64,000 bases of DNA from an uncultured Gemmatimonadales bacterium (GCA_963786235.1 CAWAYJ010000028.1:153827-217826), one strand, 5' to 3'; counted from the stretch's first letter, positions 28,535-39,094 are shown. A program made the numbers and translations. Notes: generated by a model not told the origin, from the sequence alone.

Positions 28535-29114
28535 CGGGCACTCCTTTGAAAATGATTCTCGTTCGGATCGAACTCTTCGGTGGGGACGAAAGCGGAGCCT
28601 CGAACGGTGTGAGGCGTCGAGGTATGGCGAACCTGAGCGCGAGGCTTCGCGCTGCTTGCTCAAGTGCGGCCACTCTCACACCATGCACCGTCCCTCCATG
28701 AGTCGACGCGCGCGAGCGTCGAGGGGGTGCCCGCAAGAAGACGGGCGACGTCGCACCGCTGACAAATACGTGGTGAGCGCAAGCGGAACAAGATCCGCGG
28801 ACGCCCGCATGAAATGTCGCGGTCTGGAGCGTTGCAGTTGGCTGGGCGATCTACCTACATTGGGTGGGCGAATACCCTACTGCGCGTGGGGACATTCCGT
28901 TTGATGTTGGAAATGAGGCCGTACCGGAGGCCGGCCGAATCGCATGGAGGTCTCCGAATTCGCCGTTCTCCCTGTACGCTGTGTTGTGAGGGGAAGTGAA
29001 GGGGGGAGTGGGGCGAGTTGATCCGCCGAGCCTGGTCGTTTCACGGCACGCATAGATCGGCAGCCGACATACGGGATCGGCGCGTTCCGCGTGCGCAACG
29101 GGAAGGCGGAGCCC

Positions 29115-29825
29115 ATGAGTGCCGGAAGTCCTTCGCTGGTGACGGGTGTGGCGGTGGTTCAGGTCCGGGTCGGGTTCGTCGGACGCCTGCTGCTGGCGTG
29201 GACGATGGCCGGGGGCGTGGTATTCGGCGGATTCATGAGTGCGCTGGTCGCGTGGCTGGATCCGGGTCGGTCGACGGTGGATGCGACGGCGGGCCTGAGT
29301 TTGTTCGGGTTCGGGCTGGTGGCGGGTTTCGCGCACGGTGCGATGCTGGCGTGGTTTGGCCGGCCGCGCACGACGCGGGCGGAGGAGGCGGTACTCCGGC
29401 TGGTGCATGGTCTCGTCCTGGCGGTGCCGGGCACGCTGGTGGCGGCGGGGCTCGCGTTGTCGATCGCGTCGGGTCCGGCCGCGTGGCGGGCCGGGCGGGC
29501 GGTGTTCTGGCTCGGCTCCGCGGCGGCGGCATTGCTCGCCCTGGCGATCTGCGCGTGGGCGTCGATGCTGGGCATGCGGGCGTTGCGCAACGCGCTGTTG
29601 CGCTGGCCGGAGCGGCGGCCGGGCGTGGCGATCGCGCTGGTGAGTCTGCTGCTTCTCGTCTCGTGGTTCGTCCTGCGTCGTCCGGAGATCTGGTGGACGG
29701 ACATCCGGGTGACGATCCTCGGGGCGGTGCTGCTGGCGATCGGTGTGACGATCTGGGTGGCGGTGCCGCTGGAGGTCGTGGTACTGCACTGGCTGTATCG
29801 GGACCGGAACGGAGAGATGGCGTGA
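29115..29825 (+). CDS. Hypothetical integral membrane protein
   Basis: ATG after GGAAGGCGGAG. Five to six hydrophobic helices. No recognisable family. Confidence 0.45.
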   Translation: MSAGSPSLVTGVAVVQVRVGFVGRLLLAWTMAGGVVFGGFMSALVAWLDPGRSTVDATAGLSLFGFGLVAGFAHGAMLAWFGRPRTTRAEEAVLRLVHGLVLAVPGTLVAAGLALSIASGPAAWRAGRAVFWLGSAAAALLALAICAWASMLGMRALRNALLRWPERRPGVAIALVSLLLLVSWFVLRRPEIWWTDIRVTILGAVLLAIGVTIWVAVPLEVVVLHWLYRDRNGEMA

Positions 29826-30076
29826 AGGCGTTGCTGGAGGCGAAAATGGCGGATCACGAGGCTCGGGGCGGAGAAGGTCCTGCGCGGGTTCGGCGAAGTC
29901 GGGAAGCGAGCGGGCAGCACGTGCGCTGCGCGGAAGCGCAGGCGGACGGCGTGCCGTGCTCGGAAGCGTGGTCGGATTGCGAGTGCTGCGCACACGGAGT
30001 CCTGGCGGTCTGGCGGGACGGCCGTTGGGAGGAGTTGCCGCTGGGCGCGGCACGGGAGGCGCCGCCGTCCCAATAA
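29822..30076 (+). CDS. Hypothetical small Cys-rich protein
   Basis: GTG start overlapping the upstream stop (GTGA). About 84 aa with five Cys (C-x13-C-x6-C-x-CC-x-H). Weak support. Confidence 0.3.
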   Translation: MKALLEAKMADHEARGGEGPARVRRSREASGQHVRCAEAQADGVPCSEAWSDCECCAHGVLAVWRDGRWEELPLGAAREAPPSQ

Positions 30077-30200
30077 CGGGCAGGCCGGCGTGGCAGCGGC
30101 GGCTCGCTTGGCGTTCGACCGTTCAAAGGGCCGGGTCCGGTCCGTTGAACGGGTACCTGCGGAGAGCGAGGCGTTCCTTCCCTTCACCCGGAGACAATCG

Positions 30201-30593
30201 ATGCAAGTGAACTGGCTGGCGGTGCTGGCGGCGGCGATTTCCGCGTTCGTGCTTGGCGGACTGTGGTACGGTCCGCTGTTCGGCCGGATGTGGATGAAGG
30301 CGTCGGGGATGACGGAGGAGCAGGTGAAGCAGGGCAACGCGGGGCGGACGTTCGGGATATCGTTCGTGCTGATGATCGTCGCGGCGATCACGCTCTCGCT
30401 GTTCATCGGACCGGATGCCACGGGCAACCGCGGTGCGGCGATGGGCTTCGGTGTGGGCGCGTGTCTGGTGGGTACCATGCTCGGCGTCTTCTACCTGTTC
30501 GAACATCGGTCAGTGACGCACTGGCTGGTGAACCTGTCGTACGCAACCGCGGCGCTGACACTCATGGGTTTCATTCTGGGCTTCTGGCCCTGA
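30201..30593 (+). CDS. DUF1761-family small membrane protein
   Basis: MQVNWLAVLAAAISAFVLGGLWYGPLFGRMWMKASGMTEEQ matches the DUF1761 N-terminus. Four TM helices. Confidence 0.55.
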   Translation: MQVNWLAVLAAAISAFVLGGLWYGPLFGRMWMKASGMTEEQVKQGNAGRTFGISFVLMIVAAITLSLFIGPDATGNRGAAMGFGVGACLVGTMLGVFYLFEHRSVTHWLVNLSYATAALTLMGFILGFWP

Positions 30594-30631
30594 ACGCGGA
30601 TTTGTGAAACGGGAGCGCACTCCCCATCATT

Positions 30632-30668
30632 GCGGCGGGTCCGGCAACGGGCCCGCCGTTCTCGTTCC
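30632..30668 (+). terminator. Terminator-like hairpin downstream of the DUF1761 gene
   Basis: GCGGCGGGTCC-GGCAAC-GGGCCCGCCG stem-loop followed by TTCTCGTTCC. Confidence 0.35.
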
Positions 30669-30719
30669 GGTTGCGTGCACGATGGATGCCGGCCCGACCC
30701 GGCATCGGGAGGAGTGATC

Positions 30720-32624
30720 ATGTCTCGCCAAACCGTGCTGGCCGTCGCTTTGCTGGGAGTCTTTCTTCCGTTTCACCCCCTTGCGGCGCAGTCGGTGGCG
30801 GACACGTCGGTGTTCCGGCCGCTCGATTTGCCCGCGCCGAACGTGTACCGGAACGGAGCGGGCCGGCCGGGTCCGGGCTACTGGCAGCAGCGCGTGGACT
30901 ACCGGATCGACGCGACGCTCGACGCGGAGACGCAGGTCCTCCACGGTCGGGAGACGATCCACTACCGGAACAACTCGCCGGATGCGCTGGACTATCTCTG
31001 GATGTACCTGGACCAGAACATCTGTGCGCCCGGGAGCGTGACCAACACGTTGAACCAGCCGCCGCTGGTGTTCGGCTCATCGACCTTCGACTTCTCGTGC
31101 GTGGGATTCGCGGGTGGCCTCACACTCGAGCGGTTGCGGAGCGGTGGCCGCGACCTCGAGCATCGCGTCCAGGGCACGACGATGCGGGTCGATCTGCCGC
31201 ACCCGCTGCCGCCGGGCGGCGAGCTCACGCTCGACGTGGCGTGGCACTTCCCTGTGCCGGAGTACGGCGCGGGGCGCATGGGCCGGGACGGGTCGCTCTA
31301 CGAGGTCGCGTGGTGGTACCCGCGCATGGCGGTGTACGACGACGTGAAGGGCTGGAACCACGATCCGTACATCGGGGGCGGCGAGTTCTACCTCGAGTAC
31401 GGCAGCTTCGACGTTGCGCTCACCTTGCCCGCGCGCTTTGTGGCCACGGCGACGGGCACGCTGCTCAATCCCGAGGACGTGTTGACGGCCACGCAGCGGG
31501 AGCGGCTCGCCCGTGCGATTCGCTCGGACGAACCGGTCTCGATCATCACGGCCGACGAGGCCGGCCGTCCCGTCACGCGGCCGCGCACGGACGGTACGCT
31601 CACGTGGCGGTTCCACGCGGACAGCGTGCGCGACTTCGCGTTCGCGGCCGGTCCGGAGTTCCGCTGGGACGCGGTCGGCCTCGACGGCGTCCTGATCCAG
31701 ACGTTCTACCGGCCGTCGGCGGACAAGTGGCCGGAAGCGATCCGCATGGCGCGCCACTCGATCGGCCACTTCAGCGAGACGTGGTACCACTACCCGTACC
31801 CGCACGCGACGACGGTGGAAGGCCCGATCGAAGGCATGGAGTACCCGATGCTGACGTTCGTCCCGAACGCGACGACACGGGAAGAGACCTACTGGGTGCT
31901 GGCGCACGAATTCGGGCACGAATGGTTCCCGATGGTCGTCGGCTCGAACGAACGCCTCTATCCGTGGATGGATGAGGGCTTCAACACCTTCATCGATATC
32001 GGCGCGGTGCAGGACTACTTCCGGGGCGAGGCGTTCGGCGACACGGTCGCCGCGATCCCGCTCCACATCTACGGTCAACACGCGATCCCGGGCGAGGAGC
32101 AACCGCTCATGGACCGGCCGGTCGAGCAGCGCGACCTGTTCTGGACCGGGTACCGCAAGCCCTCGCTCATGCTGATGCTGCTTCGCGACGAGGTGCTCGG
32201 CCGCGACGTCTTCGACGATGCGTTCCGGACCTACACCCGGGCGTGGGCCTTCAAGCACCCGACGCCGGCCGACTTCATCCGCGTGATGCGGGACGCGTCG
32301 GGGACCGACCTCGACTGGTTCTGGCGAGGCTGGCTCTATACGACCGCGCGCCTCGACCAGGCGGTGGACCGGATCGTGAACCGCGAGGGCGGCGGGAGCA
32401 ACGTGGTCCTGTCCAACCGCGGCACGATGGTGATGCCGGCGGAGCTGAAGTTGACGTTTTCCGACGGGACCACGGAAACGGTGCGCCTGCCCGTCGAGAT
32501 GTGGAACCAGGGCCGCGAGTTCACCTACCGCGTTCCCGGCACGCGGACGGTGACGCGCGCCGAGCTGGATCCACGCGCCGTGTATCCCGACATCAACCGG
32601 TCCAACAACCAGCGGGGGCGGTAG
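30720..32624 (+). CDS. Secreted M1-family zinc metallopeptidase (aminopeptidase N-like)
   Basis: Signal peptide. HEXXH-18-E signature (VLAHEFGHEWF ... WMDEGFNTF). About 630 aa. Confidence 0.85.
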   Translation: MSRQTVLAVALLGVFLPFHPLAAQSVADTSVFRPLDLPAPNVYRNGAGRPGPGYWQQRVDYRIDATLDAETQVLHGRETIHYRNNSPDALDYLWMYLDQNICAPGSVTNTLNQPPLVFGSSTFDFSCVGFAGGLTLERLRSGGRDLEHRVQGTTMRVDLPHPLPPGGELTLDVAWHFPVPEYGAGRMGRDGSLYEVAWWYPRMAVYDDVKGWNHDPYIGGGEFYLEYGSFDVALTLPARFVATATGTLLNPEDVLTATQRERLARAIRSDEPVSIITADEAGRPVTRPRTDGTLTWRFHADSVRDFAFAAGPEFRWDAVGLDGVLIQTFYRPSADKWPEAIRMARHSIGHFSETWYHYPYPHATTVEGPIEGMEYPMLTFVPNATTREETYWVLAHEFGHEWFPMVVGSNERLYPWMDEGFNTFIDIGAVQDYFRGEAFGDTVAAIPLHIYGQHAIPGEEQPLMDRPVEQRDLFWTGYRKPSLMLMLLRDEVLGRDVFDDAFRTYTRAWAFKHPTPADFIRVMRDASGTDLDWFWRGWLYTTARLDQAVDRIVNREGGGSNVVLSNRGTMVMPAELKLTFSDGTTETVRLPVEMWNQGREFTYRVPGTRTVTRAELDPRAVYPDINRSNNQRGR

Positions 32625-32637
32625 CCGGCGGCAGGAC

Positions 32638-33702
32638 ATGGCGCGCATGACGACGGCGATCCGGATCGAGCGTCTCGGTCCGCCCGAGACGCTCGTCGAG
32701 CGTGAGATCCCGATGGACGCTCCGGGCGCGGGCGAGGTTCACGTGAAGGTGCTCGCGGCGGGGGTGAACTTCGCCGACCTGCTCATGCGGGCCGGCCTGT
32801 ACGGTACGGTCCCGCCCCGCCCGTACAGCCCGGGCTTCGAGGTCGCGGGCGTGATCGAGCGGACCGGTCCGGACGTGCCCGATTGGCAACCGGGCGCCCG
32901 GGTGGTCGCGCTGCTTCGCCACGGCGGCTACGCGCACGACGTCATCGTGCCCGCCCGCAACGTGATGCGCTGTCCCGATTCCCTCGCTCCGGAAGTGGCG
33001 GCCGCGCTGCCCGTGGTGTTCCTCACGGCATGGGTCTGCCTCTTCGAGTCGGCGCGTTGCCGCGAGGGGGAGACCGCGCTCATCCTCAACGCGGGCGGCG
33101 GCGTCGGCACCGCGCTGGTCCAGCTCGCGCTCCGCCACGGCATGCGCGTGATCGGCACGGCCGGTAGCGAGCGCAAGCGGGCGTTCGTCGTCGATGAGCT
33201 CGGCGCTGAGGCCTGCCTCGATTCGAGCGGGCCGTGGGAGAGTGGAGTGGAGCGAAGGCTGGGAGCGCGCGGCGTCGATGTCGCATTCGACCCGCTCGGC
33301 GGACCGGCGACCGCCGCTTGCCGGCGTCTCCTCGCGCCGCTGGGGCGGATCGTGTTCTACGGCATGAGCACCGCCATGCCCGGACGGCGGCGGGCCTGGC
33401 CGCGCGCTGCGCTGGCGTGGCTGCGCACGCCGCGCATCCACCCGCTCTCGCTGGTCGAGCCCTGCACGGGAATCTCGGGCGTGCACCTGCTGCATCTCGG
33501 GAACCGCGAGCTCGTCCTGCTGCGGGCGATGCCGGCGATCTTCGAGGGGATCGCGGCGGGCAACCTGCGTCCGGTCCTCGACCGCACGTTCCCCTTCGAC
33601 CGCGACGGTGCCATCGCGGCGCACCGCTACCTGCACGCCCGCGCCAACGTCGGCAAGGTCGTGCTCTCCCGTTCCGCGGCGGAAGCGAGTCCCGGATCAT
33701 GA
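32638..33702 (+). CDS. Quinone oxidoreductase / zinc-type alcohol dehydrogenase-like protein (MDR superfamily)
   Basis: GEVHVKVLAAGVNFADL is the MDR catalytic-domain start. The Rossmann motif is LILNAGGGVGTALVQLA. Confidence 0.8.
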   Translation: MARMTTAIRIERLGPPETLVEREIPMDAPGAGEVHVKVLAAGVNFADLLMRAGLYGTVPPRPYSPGFEVAGVIERTGPDVPDWQPGARVVALLRHGGYAHDVIVPARNVMRCPDSLAPEVAAALPVVFLTAWVCLFESARCREGETALILNAGGGVGTALVQLALRHGMRVIGTAGSERKRAFVVDELGAEACLDSSGPWESGVERRLGARGVDVAFDPLGGPATAACRRLLAPLGRIVFYGMSTAMPGRRRAWPRAALAWLRTPRIHPLSLVEPCTGISGVHLLHLGNRELVLLRAMPAIFEGIAAGNLRPVLDRTFPFDRDGAIAAHRYLHARANVGKVVLSRSAAEASPGS

Positions 33703-34901
33703 AGACGATAACCCCGTGCGGCGGCCGCTCACTCCGCTCCCCGATGATCGCGCTTCTGCTGGCCTGTATTCTGCCCGGGATCGCACGCGCCCAGGCACGC
33801 CTGGACGACGCCGCGCTCGACCGGTTGCGCGCCACGCTGCAGGCGCAGCTCGACTCGCTGCACGCGGGAGCGCGATTCCCGGGCGCGACGCTGGGCGTCG
33901 CGCTTCCCGACGGTCGGGTGATCGCGGTGGGCACGGGCGAGGCGGACACTGCGCGGCACGTGCCCATGACCATCGAGGCCCGACTGCTCGCGGGCAGCGT
34001 GGGGAAGACGTACGTGGCGGCGGTCGCGATGCAGCTCGTGGGCGAAGGGAAGCTGGATCTGGATGCGCCGATCTCGCGCTGGCTGGGTTCGGAGCCGTGG
34101 TTCGACCGGCTGCCCAATGCGCGTGACATCACGGTACGCATGCTGATGCGGCACCAGAGCGGGCTCGTCCGCTACGAGTTCGATCCCGCGGTCACGCGCA
34201 AGATCACGGAAGAGCCCGACCACGTGTGGACGCCCGAGGAACGGCTGTCGTACCTGTTCGATCAGGACGCGCCGTTCGCCGCCGGACAGGGCTGGGACTA
34301 TTCGGACACGAACTACATCGTGCTGGGCATGATCATCGAGCGTATCACGGGCTCGACGCTGAGCGAGCAGATCGCCGTGCGGGTGCTCCGACCGCTCGGT
34401 CTCGTCAACACCATCCCGTCCGACCGTCGCGCGCTGCCCGGCGTGGTCCAGGGGTACGCCGGCCCCGACAACCCGTTCGGCGGTCGCGATGCGATGATCG
34501 AGGACGGCCGCTTCATCATGAACCCGCAGATGGAGTGGGCGGGTGGTGGGTACGCGATGACTTCGGCCGAGCTCGCGCGCTGGGCGAAGGCGCTGTACGA
34601 GGGTCGTGCCTTCGACGCGTCGCTGCTGCCGCGCATGCTCGACGGTGTGCCCGCACCCGGGCTCGGCCGCAATGTGCGCTACGGCCTGGGCGTGATCCTG
34701 ACCACGACCGATCTCGGCCCCGGCTGGGGCCACAGCGGGTTCTTTCCCGGCTACCTGACGGAGATGCGCTACTATCCGGATCACCGCTTCGCCGTCGCGC
34801 TCCAGTTCAACACCAGTGTCGGCCGGGCGATCGGGCGGAACCCGGGCACGCTGCTTCACGGATTCGCGCGGACGGTCGCGGCGGCGCTCGCCGGCGGCTG
34901 A
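33699..34901 (+). CDS. Secreted serine hydrolase, beta-lactamase/penicillin-binding family
   Basis: ATGA overlap with the upstream gene. Signal peptide. SxxK active-site motif (GSVGKTY). About 400 aa. Confidence 0.8.
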   Translation: MKTITPCGGRSLRSPMIALLLACILPGIARAQARLDDAALDRLRATLQAQLDSLHAGARFPGATLGVALPDGRVIAVGTGEADTARHVPMTIEARLLAGSVGKTYVAAVAMQLVGEGKLDLDAPISRWLGSEPWFDRLPNARDITVRMLMRHQSGLVRYEFDPAVTRKITEEPDHVWTPEERLSYLFDQDAPFAAGQGWDYSDTNYIVLGMIIERITGSTLSEQIAVRVLRPLGLVNTIPSDRRALPGVVQGYAGPDNPFGGRDAMIEDGRFIMNPQMEWAGGGYAMTSAELARWAKALYEGRAFDASLLPRMLDGVPAPGLGRNVRYGLGVILTTTDLGPGWGHSGFFPGYLTEMRYYPDHRFAVALQFNTSVGRAIGRNPGTLLHGFARTVAAALAGG

Positions 34902-34927
34902 CGCTCCCGCAGGCGGAGCAATCCGGC

Positions 34928-36077
34928 TCAGAGGGCTCGGGCGATCAGCTCCTTCATGATCTCGTTGGAGCCGCCGTACACGCGGCCGACGCGTGAGTCC
35001 GCCCACATCCGCGCCACCGGGTACTCCCGCATGTAGCCGTACCCGCCGAAGAGCTGGACGCAATCATCGAGGATCCGGAACTGCTGCTCCGTGCACCACA
35101 GCTTGGTCATGTACGCGACGGCCGCATCCAGGCGGTCGTCCAGCAGCCGCTGGATGCAGTCGTTCAGGAAGGTGCGCGTCACATGAGCGGTGGTCGCGCA
35201 TTCCGCCAGTATGAAGCGCGTGTTCTGCAGGTCGAACAGCGTTCCGCCGAAGGCTTCCCGTTCCTTCACGTGCGCGATGGTCAGCTCGAGCGCCCGTTCC
35301 GCGACCGCCTGCGCGCCGGTCGCGATCATGAGCCGCTCGAAGGGCAGTTGCTCCATCATGTTCGCGAAGCCGCGACCCTCGACGCCACCCAGCAGGCAGT
35401 CGGTCGGCACCCGCATGTCGTCGAAGTACAGCTCCGCCGTGTCCGACGCCTTCATCCCGATCTTGTCGAGTAGCCGGCCGACACGGTAGCCGGCCCGGCC
35501 GTCCGTCTCCACGATCAACATCGAGATGCCGCGCGCCCCCGCATCCGGATCCGTCCTGACCGCCATCATCAGCAGGTTCGTCGTGCCGCCGCTCGTGATG
35601 AACGTCTTCGCGCCGTTGATCACGTACTCGTCGCCATCGCGGACCGCCCGCGTCCGGATCGCCTGCAGGTCCGAACCGCAGCCCGGCTCCGTCATCACGA
35701 TCGAGCCCAGCAGCTCGCCCGTCGCCATGCGCGGGAGGTAACGTTCCTTCTGCGCTTCCGTGCCGAGGTCCAGGATGTAGTGCGCGGCGATGGCGTGGAC
35801 CGACGTGTTGGGCGGCGCCTCCGCACGAGCCTGCTCCTCCTGGAGCACGAACTGGTGACCGTAGTGGCCGCCCGCGCCGCCGTACTTCTCCGGCAGTTCC
35901 GGCAGCAGCATGCCCAGCTCGCCCATCTTCCGCCAGAATGTCCGCCCCGGCATACCCACGCTCACGCCACTCCTCGAGATGGGGCACGATCTCGCCTTCG
36001 ATGAAGTCGCGCGCCGCATCGCGCAGCATCGTCATTTCTTCCGTCATCCAGGGCAGTGTGTTCAAGCGCGTCTCCAT
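34928..36077 (-). CDS. Acyl-CoA dehydrogenase with apparent frameshift near codon 45 (pseudogene or sequence error)
   Basis: The N-terminus METRLNTLPWMTEEMTMLRDAARDFIEGEIVPHLEEWRERG (frame of ORF 35064..36077) continues in the frame of ORF 34928..36019 as PGRTFWRKMGELGMLLPELPEKYGGAGG. The frames switch in a G/C run at about 35945-35957. Confidence 0.75.
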
Positions 36078-36276
36078 GCCCGTAGCCTCTTCCGTTGCCG
36101 GGTTCGATCGATCCGCACGACGGCATTCCGCCGGCCGGCTCGCATGTCGCGGAGTCTACCCGCGCGGCGCCGCCCGGGCCAGTCACACGGGCCAGTCACG
36201 CGGAAGTGGAGGTTGCGCTCGAATCGAGCCGCAGGTCGCCGGTCCCGCCCGAGAGGGGTGGTAGCCGCGGGTCCGC

Positions 36277-36721
36277 TCAATCGGGCTCCGGGACCACCAG
36301 CCGGCCACGCTCGGCGAGGAAGCGGAGCATCCGACCCCACATGGTGCCGCCGATCGCGTAGACGACGGAGGCGGTGAGCGGGCCGGGTCCACCGGGCACG
36401 AACCCCGCGAGCCGGCCTGCGAGCGCGCCTGTCGAACCGCAGGTCACGGGGAACGCCCCAGGCCCCGGCCGGCACGATCTCGCCGTCCACGCGCGTTTCC
36501 CGCGCCCAGCGGCCACCCGAAACGAAGTGGGGGATGGCGCCGGCCAGATCGATCCAGTAGCAGGCACCGATGCCGAGCAGAAAGCCGGTCGGCAGCGCGA
36601 GGACGCTGAAGACGAACGCGGTGTCGGAATCACCGGTCCACCGCGCGCCGAGTACGCCAACGGCCACGCCGCCGATGAGGGCGGCGAGAGCGGAGAGGAA
36701 TCGCGTTGCCGTCCTGGCCAT
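36277..36721 (-). CDS. Hypothetical small membrane protein with apparent frameshift
   Basis: The N-terminal part lies in the frame of ORF 36062..36721 (MARTATRFLSALAALIGGVAVGVLGA...GEIVPAG). The plausible C-terminal part lies in the frame ending at 36277 (AFPVTCGSTGALAGRLAGFV...YAIGGTMWGRMLRFLAERGRLVVPEPD). The switch falls in the GGCCGGGGCCTGGGG run at about 36445-36465. Confidence 0.35.
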
Positions 36722-36839
36722 GATCGCACCGGAGCGTTCGGGGTCGAGGTCCGGACGCAGGCGGCGGCGAGCGTCGCACGTTGTGGTGTGGCGCGGGCGG
36801 CCGGATATTCATGCCTCGACCCGTCTCCCGGAGGCAGGC

Positions 36840-38138
36840 ATGGCTCGTCCCGGTCCTCGCGTTCGTTCCGTCGTGCTCGCGCTTGCGCTGTCCACTCTCG
36901 TCGCGCCGCGCCCGGCGCGGGCTCGGGAATGGAGGACCGACGCGATACGCTACGCGACGATCCGGGGATTTCCGGTCTCGGGCCTGGTGATGGGCGAAGC
37001 GCGCGGCGAGCGCACGGACATCGCCATGGCGTTCTGGCTGCTGCGCGACGACGCTCATGTCGTCCTGATAGCGCTCGCCGGTTCGCCCGCACGCGTCGCA
37101 CCGGGGCACGACCCGTTGCAGTTCGAGCGCTTCGGCGGCAATGGCCGTGTGGCGCGTATCCATGAGACCGCGATGACCGGGCAGGGCGCCGGTCAGGTGC
37201 CCGCTGTCCACAGCCTGCCCGCGACGCGGGAAACCGTGGCGTGGGGCCACTACGACCCGGCCGGCACGCCCGTGCTGCGGATCCGCTCCGGCGACGTCGT
37301 GGACATCGGCACGCTGATCACGAACAGTCCCGAGCGGCTGGAGGCGGCGGGCGTTGCACCCGGCGAGATCGAGCCGGCGCTCCGCGAGATCTACGACAAG
37401 GTCACGGACCGTGGCCCCGGCGGCCACATCCTGACCGGTCCCATCTTCGTCGAAGGTGCCGAGCCCGGCGACGTCCTCGAGGTGCGCATCCTCTCGATCG
37501 AGCTGCCCATCGACTACGGCTACAACGGCTGCAGCGGGTTCGTCCGCGAGCTGTGCGAGAATCCGCGCACCCGCATCCTGCGTTTCGACCGCGAACGCAT
37601 GACGTCCGACTTCGGTTCCGGCATCACGATTCCGTTGCGGCCGTTCTTCGGCAGCATGGGCGTGGCGCCGCCGCCGGATTCCGGCCGCGTCAGCAGCAAT
37701 CCACCGGGGAAGCACGCCGGTAACCTCGACAACCGCGAGCTGGTCGCAGGCACGTCACTGTTCATCCCGGTGTACGTGCCGGGCGCGCTCTTCGCGGCCG
37801 GTGACGGACATGCGGCGCAGGGCGACGGCGAGGTCGATCAGACCGCGATCGAGACTTCGCTCCGGGGCCGCCTCCAACTGATCGTGCACAAGGGCCATTC
37901 CATCGAATGGCCGCGGGCCGAAACGCCGACGCACTACATCGTGATGGGGATGGACCCGGACCTGACGGCGGCGACGCGCATCGCGATCGGGCAGATGGTC
38001 GCGTTCCTGCAGGAGGAGAAGGGACTGTCGCGGGGCGAGGCCTACCGGCTGGCCAGCCTGGCGGGCAGCCTCCGCATCACCGAGCTCGTGGACGGCAACG
38101 TCGGCGTCCACATGATGATCCCGAAGTCGATCTTCTAG
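36840..38138 (+). CDS. Acetamidase/formamidase (FmdA/AmdA family), secreted
   Basis: ATG after GGAGG, with a signal peptide. Family blocks (GPIFVEGAEPGDVLEVRIL; GNLDNRELVAGTSLFIPVYVPGALFAAGDGHAAQGDGEV). Confidence 0.8.
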   Translation: MARPGPRVRSVVLALALSTLVAPRPARAREWRTDAIRYATIRGFPVSGLVMGEARGERTDIAMAFWLLRDDAHVVLIALAGSPARVAPGHDPLQFERFGGNGRVARIHETAMTGQGAGQVPAVHSLPATRETVAWGHYDPAGTPVLRIRSGDVVDIGTLITNSPERLEAAGVAPGEIEPALREIYDKVTDRGPGGHILTGPIFVEGAEPGDVLEVRILSIELPIDYGYNGCSGFVRELCENPRTRILRFDRERMTSDFGSGITIPLRPFFGSMGVAPPPDSGRVSSNPPGKHAGNLDNRELVAGTSLFIPVYVPGALFAAGDGHAAQGDGEVDQTAIETSLRGRLQLIVHKGHSIEWPRAETPTHYIVMGMDPDLTAATRIAIGQMVAFLQEEKGLSRGEAYRLASLAGSLRITELVDGNVGVHMMIPKSIF

Positions 38139-38608
38139 TGTGCCAGATCAGGTTCGGGTGACTCTGCGCGCGCCCGCCCGGGTTCCGACCGTCGGCCGGC
38201 CGGGTGCGACGCGAGCCCGCCTTCCTGCGGAGCCAGTACGGAGAACCCGGCCACCAGGCTGTCCTTGTCGAATGCGATGCTAATGGTCTGCGCCCCCTTG
38301 GCGAACGTGCCCAGCAGCTGAATGACGGTGTAGCCACCCCGCTCGGTCCGGTTGAGCGGCGCCGTCTTCTCCAGATTGCCGAAGTGCTCGAGGATCTGCG
38401 GCCAGATCATGGCGAGCTGTTCCGTCCCCATGCTGCCCTGCGCCACCGGCGACACCTGCACAGCCGCGGAATCGAAATGTTCCGCCTGCAGGAACCCGAT
38501 CCATTGGGCGGCCTTGTTCTCGAGCCCGTCGTTCGCCTGCGCGGCCAGCGCCTGCGGCGCGATCGCTACACCCAGCGCGAGCAGTATGGGAACCGGCGAC
38601 ATTCTCAT
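38135..38608 (-). CDS. DUF3887-like secreted protein (C-terminal boundary uncertain)
   Basis: Signal peptide MRMSPVPILLALGVAIAPQALAAQA. The domain is about 110 aa. The ORF has no stop before it overlaps the convergent formamidase gene, so its tail may be read-through. Confidence 0.45.
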   Translation of the reverse strand: MRMSPVPILLALGVAIAPQALAAQANDGLENKAAQWIGFLQAEHFDSAAVQVSPVAQGSMGTEQLAMIWPQILEHFGNLEKTAPLNRTERGGYTVIQLLGTFAKGAQTISIAFDKDSLVAGFSVLAPQEGGLASHPAGRRSEPGRARAESPEPDLAH

Positions 38609-38810
38609 TGGTGCTCCGTGATTCAGGGGTGATCGTCCAACGCCTGCGATGTCATACGTACACCGCGGCGCCGCCCTTCGGTTCAGGCCGGTCCTGTCCG
38701 CTGTGCACGTCGCGGGCTTGCTCGTGGCCCGCCGCCGGGACATGATGCGGTCGGGCAGACGCCGGGCCGATACCGGGGCCCGGACGGGTCGTACGGGAAA
38801 GGACGCAACG

Positions 38811-39089
38811 ATGAAGGCGACAGCGGAGATCCAGGTGATCCCGATCGGCGTGGGCGTTTCCGTGCGCAAGCAGGTCCAGCGCGCGCACGAGCTGCTGAAC
38901 GAGAGCGGCCTGGAGGTGCAGCTCCACGCCTACGGCACCAACGTCGAGGGCGAGCTGACGGCCGTCCTCGACGCCGTGCGCCACGTGCACGAGACGCTTC
39001 ATGCCGAGGGCGTGGTCCGGCTCTCGACCGCGATCAAGATCGGGACCCGCACGGACAAGGAGCCGTCGCTTTCCGGAAAGCTGTTCTGA
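38811..39089 (+). CDS. MTH1187/YkoF-family (DUF77) thiamine-binding-like protein
   Basis: 92 aa. MKATAEIQVIPIGVGVSVRKQVQRAHELLNESGLEVQLHAYGTNVEGE matches the YkoF/MTH1187 fold family. Confidence 0.65.
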   Translation: MKATAEIQVIPIGVGVSVRKQVQRAHELLNESGLEVQLHAYGTNVEGELTAVLDAVRHVHETLHAEGVVRLSTAIKIGTRTDKEPSLSGKLF

Positions 39090-39094
39090 GCCGC

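Noticed and set aside
28851-30053. 400-aa Pro/Arg-rich minus-strand ORF and the 352-aa plus ORF 29018..30076
   Set aside because: Both are low-complexity. The region is better explained by a hydrophobic membrane protein (29115..29825) plus a small downstream ORF.
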